The notes beneath the pieces were generated by a model. It worked only from the letters and a program-made list of their open reading frames with translations. It was not told where the DNA came from and did no database searches. A stretch of DNA of 64,000 bases from Squalus acanthias. Taxonomy: Eukaryota. This document shows positions 23,971 to 36,086 of the stretch, piece by piece. How positions within the stretch are numbered: position 1 is the first letter of the stretch; every line of letters begins with the position of its first letter. The DNA lies in assembly GCA_030390025.1 (NCBI GenBank), contig CM059425.1:260400001-260464000 (forward strand), in the 5' to 3' direction. Made by a program: the position numbers and the translations under genes.

Positions 23971-26900
23971 GTATAGAAAGTGCAGGGGGGTACTTAAAAA
24001 AGAAATTAGGAGAGCGAAGAGGGGGAATGAAATAACACTGGCGGGCAAAATAAAGGAAAATCCCAAGGTGTTTTATAAGTATATTAAGGGCAAGAGGATA
24101 ACCAGGGCAAGAGTAGGGCCCATTAGGGACCAAAGTGGCAATCTGTGTGTAGAGCCAGAAGATGTAGGTGGGGTTTTAAATGAATATTTTACATCTGTGT
24201 TCACTATGGAGAAGGACGATGTAGGCATAGAAATCAGGCAGGGGGACTGTGATATACTTGAACAAATTAGTATTGAGAGGGAGGAGGTACTAGCGGTTTT
24301 AGTGGGCTTAAAAGTGGATAAATCCCCAGGACCAGACAAGATGTATCCCAGGCTGCTGTGTGAGGCAAGGGAAGAGATTGCAGGGGCTCTGACACAAATT
24401 TTCAGAACCTCCCTGGCCACAGGGGAGGTGCCAGAGGACTGGAGGACAACTAACGTAGTACCATTATTCAAGAAGGGTAGTAGGGATAAACCAGGGGATT
24501 ACAGGCCATTGAGCCTAACATCAGTGGTAGGGAAATTATTGGAAAAAATTCTGAGGGACAGAATTAGTCTCCACTTGGAGAGGCAAGGATTAATCAAGGA
24601 TAGTCAGCATTGCTTTGTCAGGGGGAGATCATGTCTGACCAAATTGATTGCATTTTTCGAGGGGGTGACTAGGTGTGTGGATGAGGGTAGTGCAGTTGAT
24701 GTGGTCTACATGGACTTCAGTAAGGCTTTTGACAAAGTCCCGCATGGGAGACTGGTCAAGAAGGTAAGAGCCCATGGGATCCAGGGCAACTTGGCACATT
24801 GGATCCAAAATTGGCTTAGTGGCAGGAGGCAGAGGGTGATGGTCGAAGGTTGTTTTTGTGACTGGAAGCCTGTGTCCAGTGGTGTACCGCAGGGATCGGT
24901 GCTGGGTCCTTTGCTGTTTGTAGTGTACATTAATGATTTAGATATGAATGTAGGAGGTATGATCAGTAAGTTTGCAAATGACACGAAAATTGATGGGGTG
25001 GTAAATAGCGAGGAGGGAAGCCTCAGGCTACAGGACGATATAGACGGGTTGGTCAGATGGGCAGAACAGTGGCAAATGGAATTTAAACCTGAAAAGTGTG
25101 AGGTGATGCATTTTGGGAGGACTAACAAGGCAAGGGAATACACAATGAATGGTAGGACCCTAGGAAGGACAGAGGAATAGAGGGACCTTGGTGTGCATGT
25201 ACATAGATCCCTGAAGGCAGCAGGATAGGTAGATAAGGTGCTTAAAAAGGCATATGGGATGCTTGCCTTCATTTGCCGAGGCATAGAATATAAGAGCAGA
25301 GAGGTTATGACGGAGCTGTACAAAACAATAGTTAGGCCACAGCTGGAATACTGTGTGCAGTTCTGGTCGCCACACTATAGGAAGGATGTGATTGCATTGG
25401 AGAGGGTGCAGAGGAGATTCACCAGGATGTTACCTGGGCTGCAGCGCTTCAGCTATGAAGAGAGACTGGACCGGCTGGGGTTGTTTTCCTTAGAGCAGAG
25501 AAGGCTGAGATGGGACCTGATTGAAGTGTACAAAATTATGAGGGGCATAGATAGGGTAGATAGAAAGGAACTTTTCCCCTTAGTAGAGGGGTCAATAACC
25601 AGGGAGCACAGTTTCAAGGTAAGGGGCAGGAGGTTTAGAGGGGATTTGAGGAAAACTTTTTCACCCAGAGGGTGGTTGGAATCTGGAACTCACTGCCTGA
25701 AAGGGTGGTAGAGGCAGGAACCCTCACAATATTCAAGAAACATTTAGATGAGCACTTGAAACGCCATAGCATACAAGGCTACGGACCAAGTGCTGGAAAA
25801 TGGGATTAGAATAGACAGGGCTTGATGGCCGGCGCGGACACGATGGGCCGAAGGGCCTCTTTCTGTGCTGTATAACTCTATGACTCTATGATTCTGTGAC
25901 CAAACGCTTGGTCAAAGAGGTAGGTTTTAAGGAGCGTCTTATTGGAGGATTGAGTGGCAGAAAGACAGAAAGGTTTAGGGAGGGAATTCCAAAGCTTAAG
26001 GCCTTGGCAGCTGAAGGCACGACTACCAATGGTTGAGCGATTATAATCAGGAATGTTCAAGAGGCCAGAATTAGAAGAGTGCATATTACAGAGCTAGAGA
26101 AGGGCGAGGCCATTGAGGGATTTAAAACAAGGATGAGAATTTTAAAATCGAGGCATTGCTTAACCGGGAGCCAATGTAGGTCAGCGAGCACAGGGGTGAT
26201 TGGTGAAGGCTACTTGGCTTCGGTCTTCCCAATATTTAGTTGGTGGAAATTTCTACTCATACTGTACTGGATGTCGGACAAACAGTCTGACAATTTAGAG
26301 ACAGTGGAGGGGTTGAGAGATGGTGGTGAGGCAGAGCTGTATGCCCGTCAGCGTACGTGAGTAATCTAACGCTGTGATTATGGACGATGTCGCCGAGGAG
26401 CAGCATGTAGATGAGAAATAGGAGGGGTCAAGGATAGATCCTTGGGGGATACCAGAGGTTTCCTGAATCTGCTGTGCAGTGAGTTTATCTACCTTACAGA
26501 TGGCCAGTCCCCAACTAGATGCTCAACTTAAAAACACTCAAACTGTTGTTTTGAACAATCTTCTGTTGTTCACTTGAGTAGTAATGAATTCAGTGTTCGG
26601 GTTATAATCTCTTTATTTTTTTCTACTTCAACATAAAAATCTATCTATAATTTCTGCAGAGTATAAAACAATTTACAAGCGGAGTTTTGTCAGCAGATTT
26701 GAACGTAGGCATGCGCTCATCCTTCTACACTTCTTCCTTCTCAAACATTAACAGAAAAACTTCTTTTTTTATACACTGTTTCTTCCTTATCAAACTGGAA
26801 ATGGCATTGCCTTTTATGGTAGTCTCCGGTCAATGCACCGTCTTTCAGCCGATTCTTACGCACACAAGTTTATATTTCTCTACAACATACGTACATCAAC

Positions 26901-27782
26901 ACCCTTTCGTGTAGGTTGCAGTAATATGTAGTGGAATGTTTATAGTAAGGCACTACTATAAACATCCCAAGGCTTTACTTCAATCTTGAACATTGGCTAT
27001 TGCTGGGGTGATCTGTAATTCTTTCTCTCTCTCTTTCTCTTTCCAATGATGTCAATCACGTTTTTTGCTCTCCATTGTAAGCTTTTTATTTCGACTGGCA
27101 TTAAATTGACAGCAAGACCAAATCTTTTGAAACAATTTTGAATAAGCTTATTAAACACTCACACTCATGCACATCAAAACACTAGCCTACTGATATCCTA
27201 TGGACTCTGCTCGATGACAACAGGTAAGGTAATGGGTTAGATTTAAACAGACTAGTACTTCCCTGAGCCAAGCAATGCACGCGGCATTTTTCCTTGGTGA
27301 GTTTCGATGGTGAGTTTCGATGGGTTTTCGATGCTGTCTCTGTGGGGGTTATCCTGTTATGCAGGTTTCCTTTGTTAAGTTTCGCGCCGTTGCCTTAAGC
27401 TCCGCTCCCAGGGAGATCAATACCCATCAAATTCATCTTTATTACATTCATCTTATATTAATAGTCTCGAGTCCATCACACATAGAAAACATAGATTTTT
27501 ATTCTTACACCATTGAATGAGCAAAACACAAACACTTTTCAGAAGCTGAATTTGCCGAGTTCCCTGTACCAACAAAACCCTCCATTGTCTCAATCGTCAA
27601 TGATGAAACTTTCCACCGATCCTCCGCCAATGTTATGGCAGGAGATGAATTCCCATCACTCTCTCCTTGATCATTTGATGCTGTATTACGAGGGGCTCTC
27701 AAACACAGAAGTCTCGATTGGAATTTCAATTGAGCACTAAGAATGAGAAATGCCTTATCTTTTCTTTCAGCAGTTACTTTAC

Positions 27783-28264
27783 CTGTTCCGCATCATCAGA
27801 ACCAGCAGCTGAAAACATTACCGGTGTAACTATCTGTGAAGATGCCACAGTATTACCATGATGTCCCACACCAGGAGAGCTTCTATTGTGAATCTTCAAC
27901 CTCCAGATAGTCAAAGCAATTGAAAGAAAGAAGATAATTGAAATGGAGGTTCGAATGTAGAGGTCGATGTTCAACTTGTCCTTGTCATCAGCGGGGAAGT
28001 GGATCTGACGGACGTCACTCCCGTGTTCATTTACAGCCACACAGCTGTAGTTTCCTCTCAGCGTTGGGTTAAGAATCTCTCCCACAGTTTGATGTTTGTC
28101 CGGCACTCGTGTGACTGTCGTGCTACTGCTGTCCACGGGCAGTGCGCTCTTTTCAGGGTCGATCCATGTGATGTTTGCGGGTGGCTCCCCTTCAACCTTG
28201 CACACGATGGTGTCTCCAGTTATATTGTCGGTCACAACCGACAGCTCCAGGATGGTGGCTGGGG
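27783..28264 (-). CDS. Copy B C2-TM-cytoplasmic exon (former short intron read through in frame)
   Basis: ORF 27774..28235; TM LYIRTSISIIFFLSIALTIW; next donor CAG|GTAAAG at 27782. Confidence 0.8.
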
Positions 28265-28637
28265 CTTGGGGAGGAAAGAGACAATGAGTTAACTCAATCT
28301 AATTAATCTTTATTAAACGGTCCGTGGTGACAACGGCCATTACGTGGCACTGAGAAACACGTGAGCATGGAGAGGTGACACCCAACAGGAGATTGGATTG
28401 AAATATTCAGAGAGCAAGTGGACTGGCTCCTGATTGTAAAGGGAAATGAGTTTGATGTTAACGGAGGAGGCGGATGGAATTAGCCTGAGTGAGTGGATCT
28501 GAACAACACAGCGGCCTGGAAATTGGGCTGCCTAAATGCCCTCCTAAACTGTTACAGGCGTCTCTCAGGTCTCAGCTCCTCACTGGGAGCGAATTTGCTC
28601 TTGTGTTTGTTCAACGTGATTTTATCACCTTCACCAT

Positions 28638-30123
28638 TGTAGGGGGTGATGGTTTGTGTCAGCTTCACCTCTGACTTCTGAGCGGTTTGAATTGCTCCCA
28701 CTCCCTTGTTTCTAGACCTTGGACTTATTTGGGGGTTGTGATAAAAAGTGCAGCAGACAACTGAGTTTGATGCAAGAACTTTGATCTTTATTTAAGAAAG
28801 TAATACACAACACAAACACTCTTAACACTCTAAAAGTGGGGAACACTTCGGTACAAGCGATGGAAATAACATAAGGAGAATACTTCACCCCTCCCAATCC
28901 CACTTCACTGGCTAGGTTGGACTCCAGAGGACCAGGGATAATACTCACCAGAATCAATGACAGTTGGGTTAGTTGGCGGTTTTGGGGTTCACTCTATATG
29001 TCGGTTGGTGTCTGCTGTACCCCGTACGCGGTAGAGGACTTCAACTGTGTATCTGGTCAGTCTTCGTGAGTCCGCTGATGCGGTAGGGTACGTATTGGAT
29101 CTATCAGGTGAGTACCCACTTTTCTTTGGTTTAGAAGTAGGGTTTAGAGGTTTTTAAGGGAAAATCTTACCCAGGGGAAATCAGGAGTAGATTGTAGAGT
29201 GGAAACTTTGCGGATCTTCGGGTTTTCTTCGAGTTGGTTTTCTTTGGTCGCGGTGGCCCAAATATTGGTACTTGGTGTTCGGTTGGTTGTTTCGTGAGGG
29301 CCTTGTTGCCGCGAGGTGTCTGATGGTCGCTGAGGCGGTCGTTCTGGTTTCTTCACGTGTCGGCCTACTTTGTTGGATGGTCTGGCCTTCGAGCTGTCGA
29401 CCTCCTGGTTGGACACGGAACGCTGAACGGTGGTGTTGTAGAACTGTGTTGCGGAGAATGCCTCCGTGGATGTCTTCTTGTTCTTCCTTCCTCTTCTTCT
29501 TTTTCAGGTTGAGAACGGGCCTTCAATTATACCCATTGAAGCTCCCTTATCTGCGCGCCAAATCAGATCCCGGTCTTTGTTAGATTTTGGCGGGCTCGTT
29601 AACGGTAACTTGTTTGTTAAGGTGTGAAGTGGTTCCGGGATGGCCCCATCCTGTCGATTTGCCACTTAATCGGAGTTGATTGTCCTCATTTTTTGGGTTT
29701 CTTGACTGGGCCTAGGATTTCTATAGAGTAAGCCGAAGTAATCTGTTTTATGCATGTTTTAATGGGCTCTGTAACTTGGGGTGGAGACTGTTTTTCCTTG
29801 GGTTTCTTGTAAGGATGTTAATGTCTGACAGGGGCCGATTTACACTCCCAGCGAGGTCATGCGGTTCCCCAGACAGTTCCCATTAGCTCCAATACCCAAA
29901 CTGTTTTTACAGAGGTTGATCCACCTCCCTTTACAGCCTTTTCTCCCTTACAAGTCCAGACATGTCTTTTAAAATACGAAATCTTGGTTTTTACACTAAA
30001 ACGTCCTTCGGTTAAGCCCAATGCATTTCACTACCCTGTAATAGTTAGAAAAGAGTCCAAAGTCTTTTTCCTTAGGGTTTGTCTTCGAGTTTTGGGGGAT
30101 CTGTGAATTTTGAGAATCTTACA
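28638..30123 (-). mobile_element. Solo LTR (family 1) in the V2-C2 intron of copy B
   Basis: TG...CA ends; imperfect 4-bp TSD ccat/tcat; absent from copy A; reverse complement of 34216-35825. Confidence 0.85.
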
Positions 30124-30152
30124 TCATATCATTGACATAGATGTTTCCTTAC

Positions 30153-30521
30153 CGACAAGCTGTAGTCTCATCACATCCTGAATCACGTTTTCCCCTTGTT
30201 CATTCTCGATGTGTACGTGACAGAAGTAGTCGCTGGTGTCGTTCAGCCCCAGGTCCCTCATCCTTATGGAGGCGTCTCCTTGGGTTGGGTTTCCGGTCAG
30301 CTCATATCGATCTCCTTGATTTACAGTAACTGAGTCAGTATAGTGAGAACCAGCGGCGACGGAACGAGTGTGATTAAAAACAGTGGACTCTTGGCATGGA
30401 TTCTCCTTCATCCAGAGGACAGTGATGTTGTTCGGATACCGGCCAGGGGGACTGAAGGTGCAGGGCAGTGTGGCAGAATCTCCCTTCATCCCAGTCACTG
30501 GCCGGGTATTGTTCTCATCAG
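30153..30521 (-). CDS. Copy B V-set domain 2 exon (open)
   Basis: ORF 30124..30567; splice sites intact; about 10 aa differences from copy A. Confidence 0.88.
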
Positions 30522-31237
30522 CTGAGGTAGAGAAGAGTTTTAAAGAATGGACATTATTCATTAGCACAGAGCATTAAACACAGTTTATACAACAAATATG
30601 TCCCCTGTGCACTGTGAGGTTTGCTCTGACGGCAGTGCAGGCAGACAACAGCAGCTTCCATTTAAACAGCGACTTTAACACAGTAAAACATTTCCTTCCT
30701 ATTCACTCTCTCAAAACCCTTCATAATTTTGACAACCTCTACTAATTCTCCCCATAGCCTTCTCTGCTCTGAGGAGAACAATCTCAGTTTCTCCAGTTTC
30801 TCCACACAACAGAAGTGCCTCATCACTGGAACCATTCTAGTAAATCTCCTCTGCACCCTCTCCAAGGCCTTGACATCCTTCCGAAAGGGTCCAGAATCGG
30901 ACACAACACTCCAGCTAGGGCCTAACCTGTATTTTATAAAGGTTTAGCATAACTTCCTTGCTTTTGTACTCTAAACAGCTCTTCACAATCATCAACCTCA
31001 CTCATTAATAATTCTCTTTATCCTACTCCAGTCCCACACCATCCTGATTGACTCTTAACTGCTCTCTGAAGTGGCTCAGTTGTATCAGCGCCTTCTCAGG
31101 GCAACGAGGGAAGGGCAATAAATGTCGGCCTTGGCAGCAACGCCCACATCACCAGAACGAGTAAAACAAATACACACCTGGTTGTGATTGGAATATTTTA
31201 CAGCACAACCTTATTTCTAGTTTGAATTATTCCTTAC

Positions 31238-31631
31238 CTGTTATCTCGAGAACTCCATGCTCGAGTTCAAATATTCCTCCCTTTACGTCCTTGAAATCCA
31301 CACGACAAAATGTACGTTTTCTTTGTTTCCTCTTCCCTCAGCTGTTTGATGATGATGGATGCGTCGTTCTCCCTCGGGTTTCCCAACACTCGGTAGCGCT
31401 CGTTTATATTCTGGTCGATCTGATTCTTAAACCCATTGCTCTGCGAGTTTAGCGACTGATAATTTGTGTAATTAAACACCAGTTCTGTCTGAGTTCTGTT
31501 CCAGGTGACGGTGATGTTGCCTTCATATCCAGGGTAAGGGTGAGTGAACTTGCAGAACAGAACAGTAGGCTTCCCTTCCCTAGCCGTCACCCTATCTGGG
31601 GTCTCCATGCTCCAGTTATTCTCACTGTGAC
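31238..31631 (-). pseudogene. Copy B V1 exon with +1 frameshift; the corrected frame reads YICRVDFKDVKGGIFELEHGVLEIT
   Basis: Aligns with 10180-10572; 394 vs 393 nt; ORF 31267..31608 runs out of frame after TYI. Confidence 0.85.
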
Positions 31632-32230
31632 CTGTGAGGACACACAGATGTCATGTTAACACTTGACTGAGCCCAACAGTCAGACACTCCATGGGGGAAC
31701 CACGACACACCCTGTACTTTCTGACATTCTAATGTCTATCTGAAACTGTGCTGAATTATGGCCAGTTGTGTGCTGTGTGTCCACACTCAATAGGAAGTGG
31801 GTTGGAGTGCCTCCAGCCCACTGCACAGAGACTAAAGAAATAGAACCGGAGAGGCCTGCAGCACCGGAGGTCGTTCCACACCCCCTGTCTAAGCCTGCTC
31901 TTTCCTGGAGCCATCTTATCCCATCAGAGTATTCTGCCTTTAATACCAGATAACAGGAACTTGCATTTCTACAGCGTCTTTCACAGCCTCAGGATGTTCC
32001 AAAAACTATTTTACGCAGCGAGCGGTTAAGATGGGGAATGCACTGCCTGAAAGGATGGTGGAGGCAGACTCAATCACATCTTTCAAAAGGGAGTTGGATC
32101 AGTATTTGAAGGAAAAAAAATTTGCAGGTCTACGGGGAAAGGGCGGGGGAGTGGGACTGGATCAGAGCCAGCACGGGCTCGACGGGCCGAAAGGCCTTCT
32201 TCCGTGCTGTAACCATTCTATGACTCTATG

Positions 32231-33121
32231 GGGGAAAAATTCAGTATCGCCCCGTTTGCGGCGTAATTATCGGCTGGGCGCAAAGATTAGCGCCTGGCAC
32301 TAATTATCACCTCCGACTGAAAACTTGATTTTTATCGCTCCTGGAGGTGATTGGAGCGCTAAATCAGGCGCTTCACACCTGTCTTAAGGCACAAAGGCCG
32401 AGGAGCGAGGCGCTACCTCAGAGCGCTGGCGAAGCTCATGTGATGTCAGTCAGCAATGGAACACAGACACACTGGCGCCAGCCAGTTCTTAAAGGGAAGG
32501 GTCGATCTTGCTCTCCATCCACACCCTGCTCATTGCAGCCTTGAATCTCAGCCTGGAGAGACCTGTACATCAAATCTGCTGGAAAGAACAATGGAGAGGA
32601 CCAGGGAAAGAGCTCAGAGTGAAGCCCCCACAGTCTCTTCTAAATCGATACAAGGAATGGCAAATAAAAATGAACCTGCAAAGTGCTGCTCAGTACCCAA
32701 AACTCCTTCACACAGCATTGAATCTCTCCAGAAGTCTCTGTCTCTCTCTCTCAGAATGCGTGGTTCAAAAATGTCACCAACAAAGAAAAGCAGGAAGTGG
32801 TTGCCTTTAAATAGCGCTCCCCCAGTCCCTGCCTGACTGCAAAACGCTCCCCTCAACCTGTCGTTACTAGTGGCAGGCGGTAAGGCAGGGGGCGCTACTC
32901 AATATCTGCTCCGGGGTGCTACCGGGGCGTTACGCACTCGACTGACGTCACGATCTGCCGGTGCAGGAGATCGTGGCGGCAGTGTTTAGCGCTGCCGCAA
33001 AATGTCTAGTTAATTTCGCAAGCGGTGCAAACATCGCCGCGCCCGGGCACTAGTTGCTTTGCGCCTCATTAGCGCCCTCTTAAGGCGCTAACTGGAGGCG
33101 CAACCAACTGAATTTTTCCCC
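32231..33121. mobile_element. MITE / non-autonomous DNA transposon (possibly PIF/Harbinger) in copy B intron 1
   Basis: TIRs ggggaaaaattcagt / actgaatttttcccc; tat(g) duplication; absent from copy A. Confidence 0.8.
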
Positions 33122-33399
33122 TATGATTCTATGATTCTCTGATTCTAAGTATTTTTGAAGTGGAGTCCCTGTTGTAATGTAGGAAACGCGGCAGCCAATT
33201 TACGCACAGCAAGGTCCCACAAACAGCAATGAAATAAATGGCCATGTCACCAGTTTTAGGTGTTGGTTGAGGGATAAATATCATGCCTGTGCCAACTCTT
33301 TGAAATACCTCTCTAATTATTTCCACTCCCCTGCTCTTTCCCCATAGCCCAGAAGAAACAAAGAAAATGGGTTCCTGCCTCCTCTTGGGGAATACGTAC

Positions 33400-33448
33400 G
33401 TTCTGCCGAGATGGCCAGGGCGAGTGCACAAAACAAAATGCACAGCAT
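33400..33448 (-). CDS. Copy B signal-peptide exon
   Basis: Same peptide as copy A; donor C|GTACGT. Confidence 0.8.
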
Positions 33449-34215
33449 TCTCTTCACTCCTTCAGCGCCCAGATCTCTCTGACAGCCGACCACAGACTGT
33501 GGAACTGCGACGGTTCCTCGCTGTTTCTTGTTACTTCCTTCTTGAATCTGGGGGTAACGAAGAAATAAAAATACTTGTGATATTTACCAGCCAGCTTCAG
33601 ATGAGGAAGTCCCTGTTGCTCCCTCCCCAGTCAGCTCAGTGTCTGCACAGTGCCCCCATGTCTGGGAGCAACTGGCCTGCGCAGAAGCCTTGAAGTCAGA
33701 CATAAGTTCTTCAGCACCTGCCATACCACCCCCTGTAGACGTCTGCAACTTGAAACAACTATGGAAGGCACCAAACACTTGTAGAATTGCAGCGACAGTC
33801 AGAAGGAATCATCCAGCCACTGACCTGTAGGTAGTTGATGATCCTTTGAATCGCTCTGGTGGGGGGTCCTTCCTGCTGCTTAAAGCGCGTTCAGCTGTGC
33901 GCGCTTAATAGAGGGCGTTGGCTCGAGGGTGGAGCTTCAGAACGGCAGCGCTGACGTCAGTATGGTCTGTCTGCTCTGCATACTTCCGGCGGACCTTAGC
34001 TGCGAACGGGCTGACGCCTTCACCAAGTTGGCCTCCGGCGTCATTCACGGCAGAAGTGTGCGCGCCTGCAGCAGACGCCATTGTGGTCCCCGAACGGCCC
34101 CCATAGCGCCCAAACCACGGGAGCTACCGAGCCCAATTTCCTGCCCCATGTCTTTACATTTAGTGTTGCAACTGGGCTAAATAGAAGGAAGGAGTTAATT
34201 ATTTCTTGGAAAACC

Positions 34216-35825
34216 TGTAAGATTCCCAAAATTCACAGATTCCCCTAAACTCTAAGGAAACCCTGAGGAAAAAGACTTTGGACTCTTTCCTAGCTATTAC
34301 AGGATGGTGAAGTGCATTGGGCCTAACCGAAGGACTTTTTGAGCAAAAACCAAGATTTGGGATTGTAAAAGACATGTCTGGACTTGTAAGGGAGAAAAGG
34401 CTGTGAAGGAAGGTGGGTTCATCCTCTGTAAAAAACAGTTTGGGTATTGGAGGTACTGGGAACTGTCTGGGGGACCGCATGATCTTGCTGGGAGTGTAAA
34501 TCGGCCCCTATCAGACATTAGCATCCTAACAATAAACCCGAGGAGAACAGAATCCACCCCAAGCTACAGAGCCCATTAAGACCTGCATAAAACAAATTAC
34601 TTCGGCTTACCCTATAGAAATTACAGGCCCAACCAAGAAAACCAAACACAAAACCAATCACCTGTAATCAACCGAGCAGATCGACAGGATGCAAGCCATC
34701 CCGAAAGCCATTTGACACTTACAGAACAGTTACTGGGGACGAGCCCGCCAAAACCTCACAAAGAGCAGAACAAGATTTGACGCGCAAATAAGGCCATGCT
34801 CAATGGGTGAGATTGAAGGACTGTTTTAAACCAGTTAACACATTACTAAAATCATTGCCGTTAACGAGCCCGCCAAAACTAACAAAGACCGGGACCTGAT
34901 TTGGCGCGCAGATAAGGAACCTTCAATGGGTATAACTGAAGGCCTGTTCTAAACCTGAAAAAGAAGAAGAGGAAGGAAGAACAAGAAGACATCAACGGAG
35001 ACATTCTCCGCAACACAGTTCCAAAATCAACACCGTTCAGCGTTCTGTGTCCAGCCAGGAGGTCAACAGCTCGAAGGCCAGATCATCCAACAAAGTAGGC
35101 TGACACGAGAAGAACCCAGAACAACCGCCTCAGTGACCATCGGACACCTCGCGGCAACAAGGCCCTCAAGAAACAACCAACCAAACACCAAGTACCAGTA
35201 TTCGGGCCACCGCGACCAAAGAAAACCAACTCGAAGAAAACCCGAAGAACTGCGAAGTTTCCACTCTGCAACCTACTCCTGACTTACCCCTGGGTAAGAT
35301 TTTCCCTTAAAAAACTCTAAACCCTACTTCTAAACTAAAGAAAGTGGGTACTCACCTGATAGATCCAATACGCACCCTACCGCATCAGTGGACTCACGAA
35401 GACTGACCAGATACGCAGTTGAAGTCCTCTACCGCGTACGGGGTACGGCAGACACCAACCGACATATAGAGTGAACCCCAAAACCGCCAACTAACCCAAC
35501 TGTCAAGGATTCTGGTGAGTATTATCCCTGATCCTCTGGAGTCCAACCTAGCTAGTGAAGTGGGATTGGGAGGGGTGAAGTATTCTTCTAATGTTATTTC
35601 CCTCGCTTGTATCGAAGTGTTCCCCACTTTTAGAGTGTTAAGAGTGTTTGTGTTGTGTTTTACTTTCTTAAATAAAGATCAAAGTTCTTGCATCAAACTC
35701 AGTTGTCTGCTGCACTTTTTAGCACAACCCCCAAATAAGTCCAAGGTCTAGAACCAAGGGAGTGGGAGCGATTCGAACCGCTCAGAAGTCAGAGGTGAAG
35801 CTGACACAAACCATCACCCCCTACA
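34216..35825 (+). mobile_element. Solo LTR (family 1) upstream of copy B
   Basis: TG...CA ends; AATAAA at about 35670; approximate TSD aacc/accc; internal duplication at about 34730-34950; absent from copy A. Confidence 0.85.
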
Positions 35826-36086
35826 ACCCTTGGGGGGAAAAAACAGAAGTGGGTGGAGTCAGTCACCACATCACCAGTTTCAGACTTGCTGTACGCAAAT
35901 AAATAAAAAAACAATCAATTGAAAATGTTCAAATTGATTTAAAACTAGACATGATCCTGTAACTGAACCGTGTGATTCTCCAAAGCTCGCTTTTAACTCC
36001 TTCATTGAACAGTGGTACAGTGTATCCTGTGGAGTTACAAATCTTACAATCAATTTAACTTCAAATAAAACTTGCACAATGATCAT

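Larger units (their letters stand above)
14238..25895 (+). mobile_element. Full-length CR1 LINE hosting two nested CR1s
   Basis: TSD gtgacca at 14231-14237 and 25896-25902; ORF1 pieces 15331..16280; APE 16400-16658 resuming at 21369; RT about 23975-25750; actctatg tail. Confidence 0.93.
27633..33448 (-). pseudogene. Siglec-15-like V-V-C2 receptor, copy B; frameshift in V1 (pseudogene, exon-skipping isoform or assembly error)
   Basis: Paralogous exons: leader 33448-33400, V1 31631-31238 (394 nt, one extra T in the run at 31307-31310), V2 30521-30153, C2/TM from 28264, small exon 27808-27783, last exon 27680-27633. The post-TM donor is removed by a 9-nt deletion. Confidence 0.75.
12646..36086. 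repeat. Tandem duplication unit B, expanded by nested CR1s, two solo LTRs and a MITE
   Basis: Collinear with unit A once the insertions are removed. Confidence 0.9.
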
